Source: an uncultured Planctomycetales bacterium (GTDB lineage: Bacteria > Omnitrophota > Gorgyraeia > Gygaellales > Profunditerraquicolaceae). Taken from it: a stretch of 64,000 bases of DNA. Location: the NCBI GenBank assembly GCA_964579435.1, contig CAZOGI010000001.1, positions 157,907 through 221,906 on the forward strand. The letters run 5' to 3'. This document shows positions 1 through 7,983 of the stretch, one piece after another. Position numbers and translations under genes: made by a program. How positions within the stretch are numbered: the first letter of the stretch is position 1; every line of letters starts with the position of its first letter. Below the pieces are notes generated by a model. It was not told the origin of the DNA. It did not search any database and saw only the letters and a program-made list of their open reading frames with translations.

Positions 1-480
1 ATAGGGAATAAAGCGTTTGCAGTCAAACGACACCAGCCCCGAGAACTGCCAGTCATCGAGAACCGCTTTGTGCTTGACGACGCCGACATCGATCGAGTGC
101 GGATGGATACTGATGTGCTGAAAGCCGACGGTTGCTTTCAGGCGTTCGCCGGAAAAAGCGGCGTAGCGGAATCCGTAGCCTCCCCCCATATACGTCGGAT
201 AATCCAGTTCGTCCGCCGCCCCGGGGTGCTGCTTGATATATCCCGCCCCGCCCTTGAGGTCGACGCTGAATCGCTGCGTCAATCCGTACGAAAGCAGGAA
301 AAAATCCTGCCACGAGCGCAACTCGCCGGCAGAATGCTCCTGATAGCGGTTCAGGAGCGCATAGCTCTGCAGGCCGATCACGACCTGCCGCTTTTGCGGC
401 TGCGTCGGCCCCATGCAGGGCGCTGCCGTGGCAACCGCGGCCCAGGCCGTCAGAAGAAACCCGATCAGAAAAACCCTCAT
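1..480 (-). CDS. Partial CDS whose 3' end lies beyond the window start: signal-peptide protein, putative outer-membrane beta-barrel-like hypothetical
   Basis: Own translation of the minus strand from ATG at 478-480 gives MRVFLIGFLLTAWAAVATAAP... and stays open for 160 codons to position 1. The start overlaps the stop of the upstream gene as ATGA. It is absent from the ORF track because there is no stop inside the window. The Gly/Tyr/Phe-rich alternating pattern (YPTYMGGGYGFRYAAF) is beta-barrel-like. Confidence 0.5.
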   Translation of the reverse strand, partial: MRVFLIGFLLTAWAAVATAAPCMGPTQPQKRQVVIGLQSYALLNRYQEHSAGELRSWQDFFLLSYGLTQRFSVDLKGGAGYIKQHPGAADELDYPTYMGGGYGFRYAAFSGERLKATVGFQHISIHPHSIDVGVVKHKAVLDDWQFSGLVSFDCKRFIPY

Positions 481-1145
481 TGTCGCTTTCCTGCAGGAAA
501 CCCCCGCAGCGGACACTCCCCGCAGCGCGGATGCTGTTTATGGCAGTATTCTTTCGCGACCCTGACGAACAACGCGTGGTATTCGTTAAATAATTGTACC
601 TCTTTTTTCAGGTTTTTCATGAAAAATTTTTGCGCCTCCTCGTAGGAGACATCCTCCGGCAGCAGACGGTGACGCGCCAGAACGCGTTTCGTGTAGGCAT
701 CGACCACGAAAACCGGGCGGGCGAAGGCATAGAGAAGGATAGAGTCGGCGGTTTCCGGCCCCACGCCGTTGATCCGCAGCAACTCCTCCCGCAACTGCTC
801 CTGCGGCACCTGACGCAGTCGCGTCAGCCGGCCGCCGCAACGCCGCATCAGCCAGCCGAGTGTATTGCGCAGCCGTTGCGCCTTGAGCCGGTAATATCCC
901 GCGGGCCGGATCAACCGCTGCAATCTGCCGGTGCGTATGGATAAAACCCCCCGGAGAGAGAGTGCACGCGCCGCCCTGAGGTTACGGATCGCGCGCTCGA
1001 CGCTACCCCAGTTGGTGTTCTGGGTCAACACCGCTCCGACAATGACTTCGCAGGGGGTGCGCGCCGGCCACCACCCCTGCGGACCAAAATGCCGATAGAG
1101 CAGGCGAAAAAGGGAGCGCACCAGAACCTGTTCCGTGGCCGACAT
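477..1145 (-). CDS. HhH-GPD superfamily DNA glycosylase (endonuclease III-like)
   Basis: Motifs VIVGAVLTQNTNW, INGVGPETADSILLYAF and VFVVDAYTKRV. I prefer the internal ATG (MSATEQVL...) at 1145 over the track start at 1214. Confidence 0.7.
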   Translation of the reverse strand: MSATEQVLVRSLFRLLYRHFGPQGWWPARTPCEVIVGAVLTQNTNWGSVERAIRNLRAARALSLRGVLSIRTGRLQRLIRPAGYYRLKAQRLRNTLGWLMRRCGGRLTRLRQVPQEQLREELLRINGVGPETADSILLYAFARPVFVVDAYTKRVLARHRLLPEDVSYEEAQKFFMKNLKKEVQLFNEYHALFVRVAKEYCHKQHPRCGECPLRGFPAGKRQ

Positions 1146-1149
1146 ACGG

Positions 1150-3111
1150 TTATTCGGAGAACTGCAAGGGGTTATAGCCGTAATAGGCGAAGAGCGTGTA
1201 GGCGGTGCCGGCAACCGAACCAGTGGCTTTACCTTTGGGAGTCACCCAGCCATGGCCGGTATCAACCGACTGTTCCGAGGCATACGGCAGACAACCCTGC
1301 CCTTGTCCCGACGGAGAGGGACTGGAAATAACCATCTTTGCCAACTCATTGAGATAGGCGCTGGCCTTTTCTGCATAGAGCGCGGCCTTCGCGGCCTCGT
1401 TGCGCGAAGCAAAATAGCGCGAGAGGATCTGATACGAAACGACCATCTGGGCGGTCCATTCCGGGGAAACGATGCCGCCGCGGGCCAGGTGCCGCTGCGC
1501 CGCGAAATCAAACCCGCGCACGCGCACCGCCGCTCCCTCCGGGCGCACATAGGAAACCTCGACGCCGCACTGGGTCTCGGCGAACGCCATGATCTCCTGC
1601 GGATCCATGCCCAGCTCGCTGAGCTTTTCCGGTCCGATGCTGGCAATCGACCAGGCATAGGTATCGGTGGCCACCGTAGCATCGCCTTTGCCGCGCTGCA
1701 CCGGAACCTCGCCGCGGTCATAGGTATGCGCCTGGAGCCAGGAGAGCACCCGTTCCGCCGCCTGCTGGTATCGCTCGTGCCCGGTCATACGGCTCAGCAG
1801 ACGGTAAAAAGCGTAGGCATCCAGATTGTGCTCGGTAGCAAACCAGGAGACGTTGGGTCCGCCGCGGATACCGCCGCCGTCATCCTCCTGCTGCAACTGC
1901 AAGATGGCCGCGGCAATCTCCTGCGCCAGCGGCAGAAAGGTCTCGTCACCGGTCTGGCGGGTATACTGCAGCGCCGCGATTCCCAGCCAGATATTGGGTC
2001 CGGCATGCACGACGTATTCCGCAGGCGTCCCGTCGTTGAAATAATAGGCGTTGACGAAGCGGCCGTCGATGCGTTTTGCCCGCTGCGCGAAAAAGGCCAG
2101 GATATTCCGGGCGCGCGCCGCGTCGTTGAAGAGCAGGTACGCCTGCACCGCCAGCGCCTGGTCGTACACGAACGCCCAGCCGCCGACGGCATCGTCCCCT
2201 TCAAAACTCAAGACCAGGCCGGTGCGCGGATTCTGGTGCACCGCCAGCCACTGATACATTTTCTGGATATTGGCCTTCTCCAAGACCGCCTTACGGTGGA
2301 CCAGACGCGCTATCTGGGTGCTCGTCTGCGCCTCATTGGTCCGGACCCGCTGGAGGCGATGCTGCAGGATCGAGCGCTCCGTCAGGAGCTTGCCGATAAG
2401 CGTGTTGAGCTTGCTCAGGCGCTCTTCCTGGCGCAGGGACGAGGTACGCGCCGCCTCCAGATCGTTCAGATGTACCTCCAGCCGCTGCAACTTCTGTTGC
2501 AGATCCGCGCGCGCCGCGCTCAGGGAGTGGATCTGCTGCTCGGCCGCTGAGGTTTCCTGAGAGACTTTGACCAACTGGGAGATGAGCTGCTGGTTGCCGC
2601 TCACCAGCCGCGCGTTCCAAGCCGCGCTCAAAAGCAGACCGGCCCCCAGGAGAACGAAAATCCCGGCCACGATCGGCGCGGTCAACACGCGCGTCCAGGC
2701 AAAACGCAAAAGCATCCTGCCGTCCGCGGCATCGATCTGCTCATAGCGGACGCCGAAGAGATACCGGCCGACCCCGTCGGTATCCTGGCGCATCCAGGCC
2801 GCGGCGCCGCGGGCACTGACCAGGCGCTTGGTGAACGGAGTCTCGATCTCGAGGGAGAATTGTGCCTTCTGGGAAGCGAGCTTTTCTGCGGCGTCGGCGG
2901 AGAAACGGTTAACCGTCAGACAGATCCCGCCTTTACCTATATTGTTGGTGAAACCCTGGAACCACTCGGAGAGAAAATGTTTCCCGTCGCAGCTGACGAG
3001 CCTAAACTCAACCGGCAACACCGTATCCAGACGCAGGTATTGGCGGCGGTTCGACCGGTTGCCGGTGCCGGGCTGCCCCAAAGACTTATGGTCGCTGGCC
3101 GGGATCGTCAT
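1150..3111 (-). CDS. PilZ-domain protein with one TM helix, a coiled coil and a C-terminal (alpha/alpha)6 glycoside-hydrolase-like domain
   Basis: N-terminal PilZ-like motifs RRQYLR and NIGKGGICL. TM segment LTAPIVAGIFVLLGAGLLLSAAW, followed by a Gln/Leu-rich coiled coil. The C-terminal 350 aa resemble a six-hairpin glycosidase fold (WAFVYDQALAVQAYLLFND... NIWLGIAALQY... FATEHNLDAYAFYRLL). ATG at 3109-3111. Confidence 0.6.
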   Translation of the reverse strand: MTIPASDHKSLGQPGTGNRSNRRQYLRLDTVLPVEFRLVSCDGKHFLSEWFQGFTNNIGKGGICLTVNRFSADAAEKLASQKAQFSLEIETPFTKRLVSARGAAAWMRQDTDGVGRYLFGVRYEQIDAADGRMLLRFAWTRVLTAPIVAGIFVLLGAGLLLSAAWNARLVSGNQQLISQLVKVSQETSAAEQQIHSLSAARADLQQKLQRLEVHLNDLEAARTSSLRQEERLSKLNTLIGKLLTERSILQHRLQRVRTNEAQTSTQIARLVHRKAVLEKANIQKMYQWLAVHQNPRTGLVLSFEGDDAVGGWAFVYDQALAVQAYLLFNDAARARNILAFFAQRAKRIDGRFVNAYYFNDGTPAEYVVHAGPNIWLGIAALQYTRQTGDETFLPLAQEIAAAILQLQQEDDGGGIRGGPNVSWFATEHNLDAYAFYRLLSRMTGHERYQQAAERVLSWLQAHTYDRGEVPVQRGKGDATVATDTYAWSIASIGPEKLSELGMDPQEIMAFAETQCGVEVSYVRPEGAAVRVRGFDFAAQRHLARGGIVSPEWTAQMVVSYQILSRYFASRNEAAKAALYAEKASAYLNELAKMVISSPSPSGQGQGCLPYASEQSVDTGHGWVTPKGKATGSVAGTAYTLFAYYGYNPLQFSE

Positions 3112-3133
3112 CGAAAGAGGCCTCGCACGGCGT

Positions 3134-5563
3134 TCATTCCTTCTGACCCTGCGATAGTTTGTTCTGCCGCAGGACTATATGTTGTTTGCACCGGTATGCC
3201 AGGCGCTGCATAAATTCCCTGAATGCCGCGTACTCCGGAAGCGGAACCGTTGATTTCTTACGCACCAGCTCCTGCCTAAAAAATATTGTATTCTTTTTCT
3301 GGCGGTATGCAACCGTAAAAGACAGCCAGGGACTGTCTTCAAAGAAACTCTCCGGAAGCGAAAGGACGCTCAGGCTTGCAGGCAATTCGATCTGGAACTC
3401 ATTCTCCTTGGCTTCCAGGCATTCAAATTCAAGCGGATAGCTGCGCCTGGCCAGGGCGACCGCTGACACATCCAGGGAGGGAAGCTGCGGGATGATGCGC
3501 AGCGATCCGGCGCGCGCGAAATACTCCGGCCCGCGGAAAGAGTACCGCAGCAACGGCGTCTCTCCCAGCCCGGCGGCGTTCCTGGTCTCGTACCGGGACA
3601 GCTGCGCCCCGATAGAAAAATCCTGTATCCTGCCGGCCAGCTCCTGCTCGATGAGCTCCGGGGGCGTGAAGAGGAACCAGTGGCGCATGGCCTGCGCGTT
3701 CAGCCCGTAGGAAAGAACCGTCCGCTCCGCCAAAACCGATTCAGCATCAGCCTGTACCCACAGCTTCAGATCCTGCTTAAGCAGATTGTGGGCGGCCGCA
3801 AACGCCGGCGTCCGCAGGATCCGGTAGCCGTCGGGGCCGCAGAGCAGCACCGTGCGGTCCTGGTCGCCCAGCGGCAGATCCCCGAACGAGCAGGTCTGTG
3901 CCGTCGGATCGAGAAAAACCGTCTCCCCGTCGATCTCGGTGGCGGCGATACAATGGTTAAAGAGCACCGTCGAGAAATCGGCGCGCATGTCGGGCAGCTC
4001 CTTTGTCGGGATAAGCACCGGCCATCCCGGCAGCCCGGCGGCGCGCAGCATCGTCACCAAGAGAACCGCCTGATCTTTACAGTCGCCGTACTTGTTGCGG
4101 AAGATATCGGCGGCGGCGTGCGGCTCATACCCGGCCTCGCCGTATTCGACCGCGACATAGCGGATCTCCTGCGCACAATACTCGTAGAGCGCCTCTGCGC
4201 GTTCCCGCGGCGAACGCGCAGAACGCAGGAGCTCCCCGATTTTAGCCTGGATCGCCTCGTCCGCCCGGATCTTATCCTTCGCCAGATTCCACCACCACTC
4301 GTACACCTCCTGCCAGTCGTCAAACGTCGACAACAACACCGTCGGATTGATCCGGGCCTCCTCGGGCATGAGCGGCTCGGGAATGATCTGGGGGATATCC
4401 GCCATCACCCACTCATAGGCCGGCCCCCGCGCGGTCTCGGTTACGACCGGCTGCATCTTTACCCCGAAAGAGTTGTATTCCTCGTTGAGCAGGAGCGAAG
4501 AGAGCCTGCGTCCCGGAGGCAGGCTGACCTGAAGCGCCGCGCGCATGATCGGCTCACCCGACTGCACCGGATAGCGCAGCACAAAATCCTTGCCGTTGAT
4601 GAGCTCGTGCGAGACGATACGCGCCCGGTACTCGACGACCGAACCGACCGCCACTTCGGGGAAAGAGATGATGAGAACGCGCGCGTTGCTGTAGAGGGGG
4701 AAATTCAGGTACTTCGAAACGTCCCGCAGGTGCCTCGTCCCGACGTCGACGACCGTCCCGTCGGGCTTGATCGTGCGGGCATACTCCAGCTCTATCTTTT
4801 CGTACGTCGAATCGTACTCGAGGGGCAGCTCCGAGAATGCCTCTTTGCCGCGCTCGTTGAGGATCTTAATGACGTAATGCAGGCTCGTCTCCTGGCCGTT
4901 GCCGGGGCCGACGCTTAAACGTTCGTCACAGAGCAGGATGAGGGCGCCCGCCTGCGGGTACCGCTCTTTCCCCGGGGCTGCGGCGATCAAGGCGCTGATC
5001 TCGGGAGCGGCATCTCTGATATGAACCAGTCCCATTTGGCGTTCGATCGCGCCGATGCGCTCGGCGGCCCGGCCGGCAAATGCGGGTTGGGTGATCAAAC
5101 GGTAGTGCTGCAACGCCTGATCAAAGAGGTTCAGTTTCTCGGCGGTGAGGGCGCGGAAATATCGCATTTCTTCGTCAACGGGATCGTGCGTGCGCAACAC
5201 CTCCAGGGCATCGGTATACTGCCCGAGCCGATACAGCGTTATCCCCAGGTATTTGCGTGCCTCGGGCAGTGCGCTTTGACGCAGATGCTCCAGGGCTTTC
5301 TCGAACTCCGCGTGATCGAAATAGAGCCTCCCCAGCGCCGCATGCGTGCGGTCGGTATCGATGCCGCGGAGCAAACCTTCCTGATAGCCTGCAACCGCTT
5401 GACGGTAATAGGACGCCGAAACCTCCGCCAAACGAGCGGGAGAAGCGAGTCGTTCCTGACGGCAGCCGCCGGCGCAGCAGAAAAATGCCCCCAGCAGGAA
5501 CGCGCTCCCCAGAAGAACGCCCCGCTTTTTTCCCCCGAAGCGATTACGTAACGCGGTATTCAT
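3134..5563 (-). CDS. Transglutaminase-like (DUF3857-type) lipoprotein with N-terminal TPR repeats
   Basis: The internal ATG at 5561-5563 (MNTALRNRFGGKKRGVLLGSAFLLGAFFCCAGGC, a lipobox-like signal) is chosen over the 922-aa track ORF. TPR-like segment LGRLYFDHAEFEKALEHLRQ. Transglutaminase core Cys in YGDCKDQAVLLVTMLRAAGLPGWPVLIPT. Confidence 0.6.
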   Translation of the reverse strand: MNTALRNRFGGKKRGVLLGSAFLLGAFFCCAGGCRQERLASPARLAEVSASYYRQAVAGYQEGLLRGIDTDRTHAALGRLYFDHAEFEKALEHLRQSALPEARKYLGITLYRLGQYTDALEVLRTHDPVDEEMRYFRALTAEKLNLFDQALQHYRLITQPAFAGRAAERIGAIERQMGLVHIRDAAPEISALIAAAPGKERYPQAGALILLCDERLSVGPGNGQETSLHYVIKILNERGKEAFSELPLEYDSTYEKIELEYARTIKPDGTVVDVGTRHLRDVSKYLNFPLYSNARVLIISFPEVAVGSVVEYRARIVSHELINGKDFVLRYPVQSGEPIMRAALQVSLPPGRRLSSLLLNEEYNSFGVKMQPVVTETARGPAYEWVMADIPQIIPEPLMPEEARINPTVLLSTFDDWQEVYEWWWNLAKDKIRADEAIQAKIGELLRSARSPRERAEALYEYCAQEIRYVAVEYGEAGYEPHAAADIFRNKYGDCKDQAVLLVTMLRAAGLPGWPVLIPTKELPDMRADFSTVLFNHCIAATEIDGETVFLDPTAQTCSFGDLPLGDQDRTVLLCGPDGYRILRTPAFAAAHNLLKQDLKLWVQADAESVLAERTVLSYGLNAQAMRHWFLFTPPELIEQELAGRIQDFSIGAQLSRYETRNAAGLGETPLLRYSFRGPEYFARAGSLRIIPQLPSLDVSAVALARRSYPLEFECLEAKENEFQIELPASLSVLSLPESFFEDSPWLSFTVAYRQKKNTIFFRQELVRKKSTVPLPEYAAFREFMQRLAYRCKQHIVLRQNKLSQGQKE

Positions 5564-6638
5564 AGGAAATGGCACAACTCCCTTCCCGGGAGACCATACA
5601 CGGCCCCAGCGGAGACTGCGGCCTACAGCGGCGCGCGAACAACGGGCAGCGCGGCGGATCGAGCTTTCCCCGCAACACCGCAGCACAGCGACAGCCTTCC
5701 CGGGGAGAAACCGGCTGCCTCTGCCTCCGCAGCGCAACGGCATGCCGGGCATCAAAATGAGCGAATTGCGCCCGGAAAGAGAATCCGCTTTCCGCGATAG
5801 AGCCGAACCCGCGCCAGACCGCAGCTTTCGGTTCGAAGACGCGATCCAGGATGCGCTGGGCATGCACATTACCCTGTGGCCGCACGACCCGGCTATATCC
5901 ATTCTCGACCCGCGCGATGCCGCGGCGCAACTGCCGCAACAGCGTCAAGATCCCGCAGAGCATATCCGCAGGCTCAAACCCGGCCACACAACAGCCGATG
6001 CCGTACGTCCGGGCAAACGGCTCATACGCGCGCGTCCCGATAATAACCGACACATGCCCGGGACAGAGGATGCCGCTGATATCGACACCCTTGCCGCGCG
6101 CCAGGAACGAGAGGACCGGCGGGATACGCTTGAGCGCGTTGAGAAAAAAAAGGTTCCCGACCTTCTGGCGGCTGGCCTGCAAAACCGCCAGCGCCACTGC
6201 CGGGGCAGTTGTTTCGAATCCGACACCCAAAAAGACAATCTTTTGTCGCGGATTCTCCCGCGCCAGGGAGAGAGCCTCCAGCGGCGAATAGACCGTGCGA
6301 ATCCGGGCACCGGCTGCACGCGCCGCGGCAAGACTGCCAAAACTGCCCGGGACCAGCAGCATGTCCGCGAAGGTCGCCACCTGAACCCCGGGCGAGCGGG
6401 CATAGGCGATCGCCGTATCGATATAGCGTTGGTCGCTGACGCAGATCGGACAGCCGGGACCGGAGACCAGGCGGACCGTCTTCGGCAGATACCGGTTCAG
6501 GCCGAAGCGGTGGAAGGCGCGGGTATGCGTCCCGCAGACCTCCATCAGGACCGCCGGTTCCCGCGGCGCAAAGCGCTGCAGAAGCCCTCCGAGCCGTTCC
6601 AGATGCCGCGGGGAGCGGAACTCGTCAACAAATCTCAC
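5544..6638 (-). CDS. hypD: Hydrogenase maturation factor HypD
   Basis: N-terminus MRFVDEFR..., then LMEVCGTHT, GPGCPICV, and a C-terminal Cys cluster. GTG start at 6636-6638. Overlaps the hypC stop. Confidence 0.85.
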   Translation of the reverse strand: MRFVDEFRSPRHLERLGGLLQRFAPREPAVLMEVCGTHTRAFHRFGLNRYLPKTVRLVSGPGCPICVSDQRYIDTAIAYARSPGVQVATFADMLLVPGSFGSLAAARAAGARIRTVYSPLEALSLARENPRQKIVFLGVGFETTAPAVALAVLQASRQKVGNLFFLNALKRIPPVLSFLARGKGVDISGILCPGHVSVIIGTRAYEPFARTYGIGCCVAGFEPADMLCGILTLLRQLRRGIARVENGYSRVVRPQGNVHAQRILDRVFEPKAAVWRGFGSIAESGFSFRAQFAHFDARHAVALRRQRQPVSPREGCRCAAVLRGKLDPPRCPLFARRCRPQSPLGPCMVSREGSCAISYEYRVT

Positions 6639-6834
6639 GTAACACCCTCAGGGTCTCGGCGGCCCGCCGGGGATCGATCTTCTCGATGGCGAAACCGGCA
6701 TGGACCAGAACATACTCCCCGACCGCGACGCCCGGGACCATGGCGATGTTTATCCGTCGCTGCAGCCGCCCGGCAGCGACCGTGGCAAACGAGCCCTCTT
6801 TACTGACGATCTTCAACGGAACGGCAAGGCACAT
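6625..6834 (-). CDS. hypC: Hydrogenase assembly chaperone HypC/HupF
   Basis: N-terminal MCLAVP motif, 69 aa, directly upstream of hypD. Confidence 0.85.
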   Translation of the reverse strand: MCLAVPLKIVSKEGSFATVAAGRLQRRINIAMVPGVAVGEYVLVHAGFAIEKIDPRRAAETLRVLREIC

Positions 6835-6837
6835 ATC

Positions 6838-7983
6838 TTAACCCTGGAAAGAAGAAAACCGGCTCTTCGGTGAACAGGAAGCGATGACCGCCTGCCCGAG
6901 GGAGACCGACGCGTCCCCCGCGGGAAGCCGGCGATGCACCCGCACGCAAAACCCCGCTTTATATAGTAACGCACCCAGGTGCTCCCGCACAAGGGTATTG
7001 TGCATGACCCCGCCCGCAGCCACCACCGTGTTGATTCCCGTTCTGGCGCGCAGGCGCACGCATACCGCCGCAGCAAGGTGCGCCACGGAATAGTGCAGCG
7101 CGGCCGCAATATCCGCGCGGCTTTGTTTGGCCTTCAGGTCAACGACGATCCCGCGCACGATCCCACCGAGGGCAACCTCCAGGCATCCTGCACGTTCCCG
7201 CAGGCGGTACGGATACAGCCGCGGCGGGTTCCGGCTGCGGCGGGCCAGCGCTTCGAGTGCCCGCGGCAGCTGCGCCTCGGCGCACGAATCCCGGCAACAC
7301 AGGATGATGCTCGCCGCGGCATCAAAAAGACGCCCGGCGCTGCTGGAGAGCGGCGACGCAAATCCGCTGGCAGCCAGCGCCAGAACCGCCCGTGCTTTTT
7401 TGCGGGGAAGGCCTTTTAAAAAACTCAAGCCCTGCCGCCACAGACGCTCGCCGTAGAGACGCTGCAGCCATACCAAAGCCACCCGCCACGGCTCCCGGAT
7501 CGCCGCTTCTCCTCCGGGCAGAACAACAGTCTCAAGGTGCCCGGCGCGGATATAGCTGCGGTAATCGCAGATCAAAAACTCTCCTCCCCACAGCGTGCCG
7601 TCGCTGCCGTACCCGGTGCCGTCAAAAGCGATGCCGATCACCCGGCGGTTAGGCAGGCCGCTTTCGGCCATAGCCGCAGCGATATGCGCGTGGTGATGCT
7701 GGACGCGGACCAGGGCCACCCGGCGCCGGGCCGCCACCTCCTGCGCGTACCGGGACACGCTATAGCCTGGATGCAAATCCGCCGCCAGAACGTGCGGCCC
7801 CCTCTGCATCCACCGACGGACCGCTTCCCTGAAGCGCACGCGCTGGCGATACTCGCTGCAGTCGCCGTGGAGACGCGAGAAAGAGGCGGACCGGCCGGAG
7901 GCGAAACAGAGGGTATTTTTCGTTTCGGTGCCGAAGGCCAAAACCGGGGTCGGAACCGGGAAAGGCAGCGCAAGCCTATGCAT
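6838..7983 (-). CDS. HypF-like carbamoyltransferase, Kae1/TsaD-like C-terminal domain only (no acylphosphatase, Zn-finger or YrdC domains)
   Basis: AFGTETKNTLCFASG matches the start of the HypF Kae1-like domain. Histidine-rich HHHAHIAAA and GGVMHN motifs. The start was moved to the internal ATG (MHRLALPF) at 7983. Adjacent to hypC and hypD. Confidence 0.6.
   Translation of the reverse strand: MHRLALPFPVPTPVLAFGTETKNTLCFASGRSASFSRLHGDCSEYRQRVRFREAVRRWMQRGPHVLAADLHPGYSVSRYAQEVAARRRVALVRVQHHHAHIAAAMAESGLPNRRVIGIAFDGTGYGSDGTLWGGEFLICDYRSYIRAGHLETVVLPGGEAAIREPWRVALVWLQRLYGERLWRQGLSFLKGLPRKKARAVLALAASGFASPLSSSAGRLFDAAASIILCCRDSCAEAQLPRALEALARRSRNPPRLYPYRLRERAGCLEVALGGIVRGIVVDLKAKQSRADIAAALHYSVAHLAAAVCVRLRARTGINTVVAAGGVMHNTLVREHLGALLYKAGFCVRVHRRLPAGDASVSLGQAVIASCSPKSRFSSFQG

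Noticed and set aside
53-645. Track ORFs 53-313 (-) and 70-645 (+)
   Set aside because: Both are out of frame with, or antisense to, the well-supported minus-strand gene 1-480. That gene has a signal peptide, no internal stops, and an ATGA coupling to the upstream gene. Their translations are low-complexity Arg/Gly/Pro typical of GC-rich wrong-frame ORFs.
1135-2550. 471-aa plus-strand ORF antisense to the PilZ-hydrolase gene
   Set aside because: Arg/Gly/Leu-rich low-complexity translation with no motifs. The sense gene has clear PilZ, TM and GH-like features.
3680-4918. 412-aa plus-strand ORF antisense to the transglutaminase lipoprotein gene
   Set aside because: Antisense GC-rich artefact (Arg/Pro-rich); the opposite strand encodes recognisable domains.
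5742-6806. 354-aa plus-strand ORF antisense to hypD
   Set aside because: hypD on the minus strand is unambiguous, and the antisense translation is Arg/Pro-rich with no motifs.
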